Of a DNA stretch of 64,000 bases, positions 10,471-22,037 are shown piece after piece. The notes under the pieces are model-generated. The model was not told the DNA's origin. It was given only the letters and a program-made list of their open reading frames with translations, and ran no database searches. Origin of the DNA: Phyllobates terribilis (taxonomy: Eukaryota); the NCBI RefSeq assembly GCF_046119375.1, contig NW_027362766.1, forward strand, positions 10,106,001 to 10,170,000, given 5' to 3'. Each line of letters opens with the position of its first letter. The stretch's first letter is position 1. Both the position numbers and the translations under genes were made by a program.

Positions 10471-11047
10471 TTTAGTCTATGTACCATAAGCTCACTATTA
10501 GTTTTCCAATAACTGGCCTGTTAATGCAAACAGCCTGCAACCTCTTACGTTAATCGTCGGCCAATTGTGTAATTGTCTGAATGATAGGGGGCAGCAGAGA
10601 GCTGTTTGCTCAAGAGATCACAGCGGGTGGTCCTGCGTGACCTTCCCAGGCTGTGATAATCCTGACAGAGCCAACAGGCCAGAAAGTCGGAGGGGGCGAG
10701 CAAGAGGGGGCCAAAGCGTCAAAAGAAGTATGTTGGGAGTGGCCAGGCCTGAGTAAAATAGGGAGTGAGCAAGAGGGTCCAAGTGCAGAGATTTGGGCGC
10801 AGAATGCAAAAAAGAAGGGAGTAAATGAGAAAGCGATCAGGACTCAGTACAATAAATTAAAAAAGAGAGCGGGACACAGAGTGATAAAAAAGAAGGAAGG
10901 GAGTGAGTGAGATCAAGACCCAGAGTGCAAGATGGAGTGAGCCCAAAATAATATAAAAGGGGTGAAGTGTGAATTACACCATAAACTATGTAGCAGCGGC
11001 GCATCCCCCAGGCCAAGTGTTTGTCTTCGTTTTCCCACCACCATCAC

Positions 11048-14000
11048 TCAGTGGATTTTACCGGAATCCCTCGTCGCCTGTTTCACACCCGTCTGGACAG
11101 TGTCGTCCTCACTGTCGGAGCTGATAGTTATTATTTCTCCGGAGGAGCTGGTGATCATGGAGCTGGTGGACCGCTCATCAGTCAGGTAATAGAAACAGCC
11201 ACGCGGGGAGTTGATGCTGCTGTCCTCCGCGGAGGAGGACACAAAGCTCAGCCCCTCTGAGGATGTGCAGGTGGAGGAAGAGCCAGTCGCCTCCCCTGAG
11301 GAATCTGAAGATTTGTCTGAAGAGGCGGTGGACGGGCTGGAAGTCACAGGGTGGTCACTGTCATCTATGTGCATTTTTGCGATGGTCTGCTCCATGCTGT
11401 CCACTTCATCCACAGACTCCGGGCAGAACGTGGGGGTGGAAACGCTGCTCTGCTGGCGCTCGGGGCTGTGAAACACATCTGCTCGGATAACCTCAATAGA
11501 TCCATCTGGGATGTAGGTATCTGAGCGTTAACCAAGATGGTGGCCACATTTATCACCACAGCAGCCACTGATCTATTGCTAATAGGTTGTCATCAAGAGG
11601 TGGAGGGGTGCACCACCACAAAAAGGAAGTGACAACGGCTCAGACAGACCCTCTATAAACTGAACCCAAACATCATCCGACAAGACAACACTTACCAGAT
11701 GCCAGGCAACCCTCTTCCGGACGGCTAGAGAAACTGCCAGTGTCGGAGCCCGCAGACAGACCAGTGACTTCTTCCTGTAGGGGGCAGCACACAGTGAGCA
11801 GAGAATATTGACCACTATCTCCAGCGGTCAGGATGTTACCCACCAGGAGTCGAGCCACCAGAGAGTCCTCTTCATCGCCCTTGGTGGGGCTCACCTGGCA
11901 CTCAATGGCATGGCCCTGGCGGATCAGCTCCAGACCGATGTCCAGCATCTGCAAGAAAATGGACAAGGACTAGAGGGTCACGCTACCCATCCTGCATTAC
12001 ATCCCTTCTATCCTTCACTCACAGCCAGAGCTGCAGTCATGTCTGATGTAATAGCTTAAATTGTAACTGCAGCTCTGGCTGTGAGTGAAGTACAGATCTG
12101 ATATAACAGCAGATGTATAACTGGTTGTGATGTGCTGTAATGCAGTCAGTCACACATCACACTCCACTCACAGCCGAAGCTGCCATGTGGGAGATTTCAT
12201 CTTCCAGGATGTTAACGACTGCTTTACATCCTGAGAGGACTATGCACGCTGCTTTGGATGTGGCTGGAGCGAATGTCTGGACTCACGGGGTCACTGGAAG
12301 GGTCATACAGTTTTATCTGGAAGCAGCAAGACACCCCGGGAGATGGAAAACTGGAAATTTTGGCGAGCAGCGGCTTCCATTCAGCGCAGTGCGACAAGGC
12401 GTCAAAAGCGTCTAGCGCCTGATCCGACCACGTCCCCCCTGTCGGGACAAGAGATCGCAATAAGGAAGCGGCCCCCAGAAGACAAGTGTGTACTGCACGG
12501 ACAACCAACATGGCCACAGCTCCTAGAAGTGGTCACTGGCTCGGAGTACTGCAGACATTCGGGTAGGCACGGTTCAGCACATCTGCTTTCTTTAGATGTA
12601 ATGGCGGCCATCTTGGTTGTCACTGATCTGCAGGACAACTCACCGCGGGGAGCGACACCAGAGAGGCGGCATTCAACGGCCTGGAACGGGAGACTCAGAA
12701 AGTCACTCCTGGAAGAGGACAAGTTCACGGTTACACAGGACGGCGGCTGGACCTGGTCATCACACCGGGAAGGCGGGGAGCAGTCACTCACCGCAGCGGA
12801 TGCAGCTCCTCTCTCGCCGTGTCCCAGTTGTCGCCGTAGTCCACGTAGTATAAATCCACGTTTCCGTTTTTCAGGAAGCCCAGCACCTCCGCCCGGTACC
12901 AGAACTCATCAACGTGGAAGGGAGCAGCCACAATGTCACCCACCTGGATCTCCGGCACTGCCCCCTGACAAAGCAGTGACATCATAAGGGGGAGGAGCAA
13001 CTAATCAAGGTGGTGACATCATAATGGAAGGGTGACTAATCAGTGCATCAAATAGAACCCCCCCATACAGGAACTGCAGCCAATAGAAATCTGGGCGGCG
13101 GGGAGGGGGGAGTGGCTAGAGTTGTCAGGACACACCCTCTTCCTCCCCCGGTAGTGGTCACTCATCTCTGTGGTCAGTTTGTCCAGCTGTGAGGAGCGGG
13201 ATCCCAGGATTTGGATCCAGAAGTGTTCGGGTTTCTCCGTGGCTGACACGTAGACGTCCACATACTCATCCGCACGGAAACTGAAGTCCGGGCTCGGGAC
13301 TGGAAGAACACAAAATGAAGAGCGATCTCCGGGGCACACACGACATCACACACAACTTCCATAGAAGGAGAATTTGTAGATATCACCGCCCCTCCCACAA
13401 CCAATCAGGAGTGCTAGCAGGGGTCATGTGATGCTACAGTAAGATGCAGATACCCTCAAACTTGCAGATGTTGGAGGGGAAGTCGGCCATATTTTCTGGG
13501 GCCGGTGATTGGTCCTCTACAGAGCCCATGGTCTGGGGACCTTCCCTGGGAGACGGCTGCCCATCCTTCTCTTCCTCTTGGGGGTGCTGCCTGTCTTTCT
13601 TCTTCACAGCGATGATCTCTTTCCGGCGTGAGCGGAAGGTGGAAGACTCTGCGGCTCTGCGCTGGACAGCGGCGTCCTCCTCTGATGCTTTCTGGAGGAG
13701 GGTCTGACAGGAGGGGCAGAGGGTTATGATGGGGTGACACAGACTTACTTCACTCCTCCTCTCAGCCATCGCACCTTGGCTGCCTCCACTTGCTCCCTAG
13801 TTCCGGTGAGGGTGATCCGTTGGGTACCCGGGGCAGCCTGGCTGTTCTCTGTCCGCCGCTCACAGTAGATTTTGGCACCAGAAATTCTGGTTATTTCCCG
13901 GATCCGCTCACCACCTTGTCCTGCAGACGACAGAAGACCGACTGCAGGGAGCTGCATGCCCAGCGCCCCCAAGCCTCTGAATTCTCAAATCAGGCCTGAC

Positions 14001-15316
14001 CGAAGCCCTGTGTTACACATGGCCGCCATTATCGGCTCCTCGTGTTACCTATGATGCGGCCCATAGACCTGGCCGGGAAATGCAGCTCAACCTTCAGCGC
14101 AGCAGCGTCCTGCAGGATCTCGTTCAGCTGTGCGGGGCTGCCCATAACAGTCAGCCCGTGTTTTCCACTGTCCGGCACCGCAGACGCTTCAACCTGAGCG
14201 AGCCTGTGTCTCATCACCTGAGAAGAGGAACCATTATATGGGAAAACATGGCGTCACCTGGCAAATGGGCAGATCCGACAGCTGGGACTCACCTTGTCAG
14301 AGACAGCGCCATCCTGATCAACGACGAGCTCCGCGGCCAACAGAGGAACGGTAACCTGCAGCTCGTCCGGTGTCTGCTCAGGGGCTGGAGACAACAGACG
14401 AGTGAGTGGGGGGCCAGAGGCGACAGGGGGCCGGAGGCCTGCAGCTCGTCCTGTGTGTTCAGGGGCTGGAGACAACACAAAGAGTGAGCAGAGGGGGCCG
14501 GAAGCGACAGAGACCTGCAGCTCCTCCGGTGTGTGCTCAGTGGCTGGAGACAACAGACGAGTGAGTGGGGGGCCGGAGGCGACAGGGGGCTGGAGGCCTG
14601 CAGCTCGTCCTGTGTGCTCAGGGGCCGGAGGCGACAGGGGGCCGGTGGCCTGCAGCTCGTCCTGTGTGCTCAGGGGCCGGAGGCCTGCAGCTCGTCCTGT
14701 GTGCTCAGGGGCCGGAGGCCTGCAGCCCGTCAGGTGTGTGCTCAGGGGCTGGAGACAACACAAACGAGTAAGCAGAGGGGGGCCGGAGGCGACAGAGACC
14801 TGCAGCTCCTCCGGTGTGTGCTCAGTGGCTGGAGACAACAGACGAGTGAGTGGGGGGCCAGAGGCGACAGGGGGCCGGAGGCCTGCAGCTCGTCCTGTGT
14901 GCTCAGGGGCTGGAGACAACACAGACGAGTGAGCAGAGGGGGCCGGAGGTGACAGAGACCTGCAGCTCCTCCGGTGTGTGCTCAGTGGCTGGAGACAACA
15001 GATGAGTGAGTGGGGGGCCGGAGGTGACAGGGGGCTGGAGGCCTGCAGCTCATCCTGTGTGCTCAGGGGCTGGAGGCCTGCAGCTCGTCCTGTGTGCTCA
15101 GGGGCTGGAGACAACATAGACGAGTGAGCAGAGGGCTGGAGGCGACAGGGGGCCGGAGGCGACAGGGGGCCGGAGGCGACAGGGGGCCGAGGTCTCCAGC
15201 TCCTCACCTGTCCGGTACCGGGTGTAGCACGTGTACAGAAGGACCGCTCCGGCTGATACTCCCATCGTCACGGCAACCTTTTGCCCGGTGGTAAGGCCGC
15301 TCCAACGCTCCATCAT
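11048..15316 (-). CDS. TDRKH: Tudor and KH domain-containing protein (TDRD2), ~658 aa
   Basis: Coding exons (minus): 15208-15316, 14293-14384, 14049-14217, 13775-13920, 13454-13703, 13136-13299, 12792-12964, 12644-12708, 12287-12438, 11844-11948, 11696-11774, 11048-11520. All are GT-AG and phase-consistent (1977 nt). N-terminal hydrophobic anchor, KH2 (GRIIGQGG) and extended Tudor (PSPDFSF...FWIQILG...GDIVAAPF..WYRA..YYVDYGDN...LPFQAVEC). The last two exons are less certain. Confidence 0.92.
14385..15200 (-). repeat. Composite minisatellite built from the TDRKH intron/exon junction
   Basis: Repeated minus-strand TGTTGTCTCCAG|CCCCTGAGCACACAGGACGAGCTGCAG modules match the true acceptor at 14384/14385. 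Confidence 0.9.
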
Positions 15317-15472
15317 CCACTCGCTGCACCGTCACTATACCCGACTCGCCCCAGAAACTAAAATAACGGAAGAAACGTGTACAGCCACTCCTGACAGCCG
15401 GCCAGTACCCTCCCGCTACCGAGCAGCTCCCGGGGGGCGGCCAGCGCCGCTACTTCAGTATTATCTACTCAC

Positions 15473-15540
15473 CCTCCAGAGCTGCGGACATCACGGCCGG
15501 TGCTCTGCGCTACTGAAGCCAGCGGTGCTGAGGGGGCGGT
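15473..15540 (-). other. TDRKH: Putative non-coding first exon of TDRKH
   Basis: Donor GAGG|GTGAGT at 15472 and acceptor TTTTAG| at 15358 upstream of the ATG exon. The TSS is not defined. Confidence 0.55.
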
Positions 15541-15578
15541 GACTTCCGGGTGCAGCAAGATGGCGTCAGAGCATGCGC
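15531..15578. promoter_or_regulatory. Bidirectional CpG-island promoter core (GC box, ETS, YY1, NRF1-like)
   Basis: GGGGGCGG at ~15531-15538, ACTTCCGG at 15542-15549, CAAGATGGCG at 15556-15565 and GCATGCGC at 15571-15578, between divergent donor sites at 15472 (minus) and 15622 (plus). Confidence 0.7.
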
Positions 15579-15579
15579 T

Positions 15580-15621
15580 GTGTGGCGTGCTGGGAAAACG
15601 GGACGGAACAGGACCCCGAAC
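15580..15621 (+). other. SLC39A1: Putative non-coding first exon of SLC39A1
   Basis: Donor AAC|GTGAGG at 15622. Matching acceptor TCCTGTAG| at 18138 precedes the Kozak ATG. Confidence 0.5.
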
Positions 15622-15725
15622 GTGAGGGTGAGAAAGAACTTACATTCGGCTCCTCTCACACCTCCCCCACTGCCAGGGAGCGCTCTCAGCCTATTTCTCT
15701 CTCTCTTCCCAATCGGTTTTTCCCC

Positions 15726-17965
15726 TTGAAGTCGGCGTCCCTTACCCCACCGCCCTCCGTAGTCAACGTCCCTTACCCCACCGCCCTCCGTAGTCAACGT
15801 CCCTTACCCCACCGCCCTCCGTAGTCAACGTCCCTTACCCCACCGCCCTCCGTAGTCAACGTCCCTTACCCCACCGCCCTCCGTAGTCGGCTTCCCTTAC
15901 CCCACCGCCCTCCGTAGTCGGCTTCCCTTACCCCACCGCCCTCCGTAGTCGGCTTCCCTTACCCCACCGCCCTCCGTAGTCGGCTTCCCTTACCCCACCT
16001 CCCTCCGTAGTCGGCTTCCCTTACCCCACCGCCCTCCGTAGTCGGCTTCCCTTACCCCACCGCCCTCCGTAGTCGGCGCCCCTTACCCCACCGCCCTCCG
16101 TAGTCGGCGCCCCTTACCCCACCGCCCTCCGTAGTCGGCGCCCCTTACCCCACCGCCCTCCGTAGTCAACGTCCCTTACCCCACCGCCCTCCGTAGTCAA
16201 CGTCCCTTACCCCACCGCCCTCCGTAGTCAACGTCCCTTACCCCACCGCCCTCCGTAGTCAACGTCCCTTACCCCACCGCCCTCCGCAGTCAACGTCCCT
16301 TACCCCACCGCCCTCCGCAGTCGGCGTCCCTTACCCCACCGCCCTCCGTAGTCGGCGTCCCTTACCCCACCGCCCTCCGTAGTCGGCTTCCCTTACCCCA
16401 CCGCCCTCCGTAGTCGGCGCCCCTTACCCCACCGCCCTCCGTAGTCGGCGCCCCTTACCCCACCGCCCTCCGTAGTCGGCGCCCCTTACCCCACCGCCCT
16501 CCGTAGTCGGCGCCCCTTACCCCACCGCCCTCCGTAGTCGGCGCCCCTTACCCCACCGCCCTCCGTAGTCGGCGCCCCTTACCCCACCGCCCTCCGTAGT
16601 CGGCGCCCCTTACCCCACCGCCCTCCGTAGTCGGCGCCCCTTACCCCACCGCCCTCCGTAGTCGGCGCCCCTTACCCCACCGCCCTCCGTAGTCGGCGCC
16701 CCTTACCCCACCGCCCTCCGTAGTCGGCGCCCCTTACCCCACCGCCCTCCGTAGTCGGCGCCCCTTACCCCACCGCCCTCCGTAGTCAACGTCCCTTACC
16801 CCACCGCCCTCCGTAGTCAACGTCCCTTACCCCACCGCCCTCCGTAGTCAACGTCCCTTACCCCACCGCCCTCCGTAGTCGGCTTCCCTTACCCCACCGC
16901 CCTCCGTAGTCGGCTTCCCTTACCCCACCGCCCTCCGTAGTCGGCTTCCCTTACCCCACCGCCCTCCGTAGTCGGCGCCCCTTACCCCACCGCCCTCCGT
17001 AGTCGGCGCCCCTTACCCCACCGCCCTCCGTAGTCGGCGCCCCTTACCCCACCGCCCTCCGTAGTCGGCGCCCCTTTACCCCACCGCCCTCCGTAGTCGG
17101 CGTCCCTTTACCCCACCGCCCTCCGTAGTCGGCGTCCCTTTACCCCACCGCCCTCCGTAGTCGGCGTCCCTTTACCCCACCGCCCTCCGCAGTCGGCGTC
17201 CCTTTACCCCACCGCCCTCCGCAGTCGGCGTCCCTTTACCCCACCGCCCTCCGCAGTCGGCGTCCCTTTACCCCACCGCCCTCCGCAGTCGGCGTCCCTT
17301 TACCCCACCGCCCTCCGCAGTCGGCGTCCCTTTACCCCACCGCCCTCCGCAGTCGGCGTCCCTTTACCCCACCGCCCTCCGCAGTCGGCGTCCCTTTACC
17401 CCACCGTCCTCCGCAGTCGGCGTCCCTTTACCCCACCGTCCTCCGCAGTCGGCGTCCCTTTACCCCACCGCCCTCCGCAGTCGGCGTCCCTTTACCCCAC
17501 CGCCCTCCGTAGTCGGCGTCCCTTTACCCCACCGCCCTCCGTAGTCGGCGTCCCTTTACCCCACCGCCCTCCGCAGTCGGCGTCCCTTTACCCCACCGCC
17601 CTCCGCAGTCGGCGTCCCTTTACCCCACCGTCCTCCGCAGTCGGCGTCCCTTTACCCCACCGTCCTCCGCAGTCGGCGTCCCTTTACCCCACCGTCCTCC
17701 GCAGTCGGCGTCCCTTTACCCCACCGTCCTCCGCAGTCGGCGTCCCTTTACCCCACCGTCCTCCGCAGTCGGCGTCCCTTTACCCCACCGTCCTCCGCAG
17801 TCGGCGTCCCTTACCCCACCGTCCTCCGCAGTCGGCGTCCCTTACCCCACCGTCCTCCGCAGTCGGCGTCCCTTACCCCACCGCCCTCCGCAGTCGGCGT
17901 CCCTTACCCCACCGCCCTCCGTAGTCGACGTCCTTTACCCCATCGCCCTCCGTAGTCGGCGCCCG
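15726..17965. repeat. 31-32-bp C-rich minisatellite (~70 copies)
   Basis: Unit AGTCGGCGTCCCTTACCCCACCGCCCTCCGT with blocks of variant units. Confidence 0.97.
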
Positions 17966-18163
17966 CTTCCCCTCCGGCGTGCTGCCTTTTTTCCCCTCCG
18001 GCGTGCTGCCTTTTTTCCCCTCCGGCGTGCTGCCTTTTTTCCCCTCCGGTGTGCTCCCCGCGGTCGGTGCGGACCTCTGGGTCTGTGTTCTGCCTGGATC
18101 AGTTAATAATCCCTAGCATGGCATCTGCTGTCCTGTAGTGATCGGTACGTCCTTCCTCCCACC

Positions 18164-19274
18164 ATGGAGGTGAACCCCGCCAGTGCGGTGTGGAGCCTGG
18201 GTCGGGAGGACGCCTCGCTCTCGGTGGCCGGTTTGGAGATGAAGCTGGGATCTCTGGTGACTTTACTCCTCCTGACCCTCATCAGTGGCCTTGCCCCCCT
18301 CTTCCTCTTCAGACGGCAGGCAGCCCCCGACCTATTGGGTAAGTTCTGCTGACCACCTTGTAGTCGCTGTCGGCTGCGCTGAAGTCGCTGTAATGTCCGC
18401 ACTTTCTCCCCGCTGCAGGCGATCGGCGCAGGGCGCTGGCTCTGATCAGCTGTTTCTCAGGGGGAGTCTTCCTGGCCACCTGCCTGTTAGATCTGCTGCC
18501 CGACTACCTGTCCGGGATGAACGATGCCCTCATGAGACTGAATATAACTGTGAGTATGGCAGATGCCGCCCCTGGGCCAAGCCACACTAGTCCTATGACC
18601 CTTCCTGCTTTAACCTCTTGCTCCCTGTGCTTGCCCAGCTCCAGTTCCCCCTGCAGGAGTTCGTCCTGGCCATGGGCTTCTTCCTGGTGCTGGTATTGGA
18701 GCAGATTGTGCTGAGTTACAAGGAGCCATCGGGCCGGTCTGAGGAGACGCGCTCCCTCCTGGGCGCTGACGCCTGGACCCTGCACACGGACCAGCCACAT
18801 GTCCACGTGGATGTGAGTGCCCACTCGGCGGTCCGGGCCGCGGTTCTGGTGCTGTCTCTCTCCTTACACTCGCTGTTGGAGGGTCTGGCCGTGGGGCTCC
18901 TGCCGGAGAGCGGGAAGGTGCTGGAGACCTGCCTGGCGCTGCTCCTACACAAGTGCCTCATCTCCTCTAGCCTGACGCTGAGGCTGGCGCAGGGCCGTCT
19001 CCGCCCGCGGCTCGTCCTCTCCTGCCTCCTCCTCTTCGCCTTCATGACTCCTCTGGGCATCGGACTTGGCATTGTGCTGACGGAGAGCGCAGACCCCATA
19101 CAACAGCTGAGCTGCAGCGTCCTGGAGGGAATCGCCACAGGGACCTTCCTGTACATCACCTTCCTGGAGATTCTGCCCCACGAGCTGACCGCCGGCGACC
19201 AGCGCATCGTCAGGGTCATCGCCATCCTGTGCGGCTTCTCCGTTATCACCGCCATCCTGTTCATCAAGATCTGA
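18164..19274 (+). CDS. SLC39A1: Zinc transporter ZIP1, 313 aa
   Basis: Exons 18164-18338, 18419-18549 and 18639-19274 with 80- and 89-nt GT-AG introns, and Kozak CCACCATGG. Motifs SCFSGGVFLATCLLDLLPDY, LQFPLQEF, LHSLLEGLAVG, LHK and GTFLYITFLEILPHEL. The position upstream of CRTC2 matches mammalian synteny. Confidence 0.95.
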
Positions 19275-19392
19275 GGGCTCTGAGAATGGCTCGTATGGGT
19301 AATACCCCCACCCCGGGGGTCCTTGACCTGCTGCAGAGAGATGATCCCGCCAGTGCTGCCTTATTGTAGTACGGCCCCTATGTGACGGCGCC

Positions 19393-21342
19393 GGCGGTGA
19401 CTATACCGCCCCCTATATGCAGAACATGACTGTACCAGCGGTGACAATACCGCCCGCTATATGCAGAACATGACTGTACCAGCGGTGACTGTACTGCCCC
19501 TATATACAGGACATAACTGTAGTACCAGCAGTGACTATACTGCCCCTATATACAGAACATGACTGTACCAGCAGTGACTATACCGCCCCCTATATACAGA
19601 ACATGACTGTACCAGCAGTGACTACACCGCCCCCTATATACAGAACATGACTGTACCAGCAGTGACTATACCGCCCCTATATACAGAACATGACTGTAGT
19701 ACCAGCAGTGACTATACCGCCCCTATATACAGAACATGCCTGTAGTACCAGCAGTGACTATACCGCCCCTATATTCAGAACATGACTGTAGTACCAGCAG
19801 TGATTATACCGCCCCCTATATACAGAACATAACTGTACCAGCGGTGACTATACCACCCCCTATATACAGGACATGACTGTAGTACCAGCAGTGACTATAC
19901 CGCCCCTATATACAGAACATGACTGTAGTACCAGCAGTGACTATACCGCCCCTATATACAGAACATGACTGTAGTACCAGCAGTGACTATACCGCCCCTA
20001 TATACAGAACATGACTGTAGTACCAGCAGTGACTATACCGCCCCCTATATACAGAACATGACTGTACCAGCAGTGACTATACCGCCCTCTATATACAGAA
20101 CATGACTGTACCAGCAGTGACTATACCGCCCCTATATACAGAACATGACTGTACAAGCAGTGACTATACCGCCCCTATATACAGAACGTGACTGTACCAG
20201 CAGTGGCTATACCGCCCCTATATGCAGAACGTGACTGTACCAGCAGTGACTATACCGCCCCTATATACAGAACATGACTGTACAAGCAGTGACTATACCG
20301 CCCCTATATACAGAACGTGACTGTACCAGCAGTGGCTATACCGCCCCTATATACAGAACGTGACTGTACCAGCAGTGACTATACCGCCCCTATATACAGA
20401 ACGTGACTGTACAAGCAGTGACTATACCGCTCCTATATACAGAACGTGACTGTACCAGCAGTGACTATACCGCCCCTATATACAGAACGTGACTGTACCA
20501 GCAGTGACTATACCGCCCCTATATACAGAACGTGACTGTACCAGCAGTGGCTATACCGCCCCTATATACAGAACGTGACTGAACCAGCAGTGACTATACC
20601 GCCCCTATATACAGAACGTGACTGTACCAGCAGTGACTATACCGCCCCCTATATACAGAACGTGACTGTACCAGCAGTTACTACACTGCCCCTATATACA
20701 GAGCATGACTGTAGTGCCAGCAGTGACTATACCGCCCCCTATATACAGAGCATGACTGTAGTACCAGCAGTGACTATACCGCCCCCTATATACAGAACAT
20801 GACTACCAGCAGTGACTATACCGCCCCTATATACAGAGCATGACTGTAGTACCAGCAGTGACTATACCGCCCCCTATATACAGAACATGACTGTACCAGC
20901 AGTTACTACACTGCCCCTATATACAGAACATGACTGTACCAGCAGTTACTATACTGACCCTATATACAGAACATGACTGTACCAGCAGTGACTATACCGC
21001 CCCTATATTCAGAACATGACTGTATCAGCAGTAGCCATACCGCCCCTATATACAGAACGTGACTGTACTAGCAGTGACTATACTGCCCCTATATACAGAA
21101 TGTGACTGTACCAGCAGTGACTATACCGCCCCTATATACTGAGCATGACTGTAGTACCAGCAGTGGCTATACCGCCCCCTATATACAGAACATGACTGTA
21201 CCAGCAGTGACTATACTGCCCCTATATACAGAGCATGACTGTAGTACCAGCAGTGACTATACCGCCCCTATATACAGAACATGACTGTACCAGCAGTGAC
21301 TATACCGCCCCCTATATACAGAGCAGTGACTATACCGCCCCC
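19393..21342. repeat. 43-47-bp minisatellite (putative SLC39A1 3' UTR)
   Basis: Unit CAGCAGTGACTATACCGCCCCTATATACAGAACATGACTGTAC, with or without an extra TAG. Confidence 0.95.
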
Positions 21343-21443
21343 TTTGATATGATGAGCACGGATATTCGGGGGCCATAGAGGACGTATTGAGGGCTCCTGC
21401 TTCCTATTACTAGAGTATTTCAAAGTGACTCTTGTGTCCTGCG

Positions 21444-21462
21444 CTGTCGCCACCTGGTGGCC
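21444..21462 (-). promoter_or_regulatory. CTCF-like site
   Basis: The minus strand reads GGCCACCAGGTGGCGACAG, close to the CCACCAG(G/A)(G/T)GGC consensus, in unique sequence. Confidence 0.5.
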
Positions 21463-21643
21463 TTTTCATACTGAAAAACTGCTCATAGTGAAGATTTATT
21501 CTATTTTTGCACAAAACTGGCTTTAAAAATAACTGATAAAGGGGAAGAAGCCCCCAAGTATCTGCAGCCGCACTGAGCTGCCTGCAACTGTCTGTTCTCC
21601 GCACCCAGCGTCACTTGCCAGTGGACTGCCATGAACACTGCTA

Positions 21644-21800
21644 AGCCCCGCCTTCCGCTGCACTCGTAGCCCCGCCTTCCGCTGCACTCGTAGCCCCGCC
21701 TTCCGCTGCACTCGTAGCCCCGCCTTCCGCTGCACTCGTAGCCCCGCCTTCCGCTGCACTCGTAGCCCCGCCTTCCGCTGCACTCGTAGCCCCGCCTTCT
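21644..21800. repeat. 24-bp tandem repeat (6+ copies)
   Basis: AGCCCCGCCTTCCGCTGCACTCGT. Confidence 0.95.
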
Positions 21801-22037
21801 GCACCCACTAATTAGCTCCACCTTATTTGCATGTAAGCCCCGCCTTCTGCCTCTTAATGGCGGTATTTTGCGTCCCGGCCTCGCGTGCTCAGACGGTGCG
21901 GCAGGGTGTGGGATTTTTGGGCCGGTAATAATGGAGTAGTGATTATTTTCTACATGTTTTGGTGGCGTCGGTTTCATACCGGAGATTTGTGGGTTTTTTA
22001 TTGCCTGGATGTTTTGTACTCGGCCGCGTGTGCTTCA

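Noticed and set aside
18716-19267. 183-aa antisense ORF over SLC39A1
   Set aside because: Shadow ORF of GC3-rich coding sequence.
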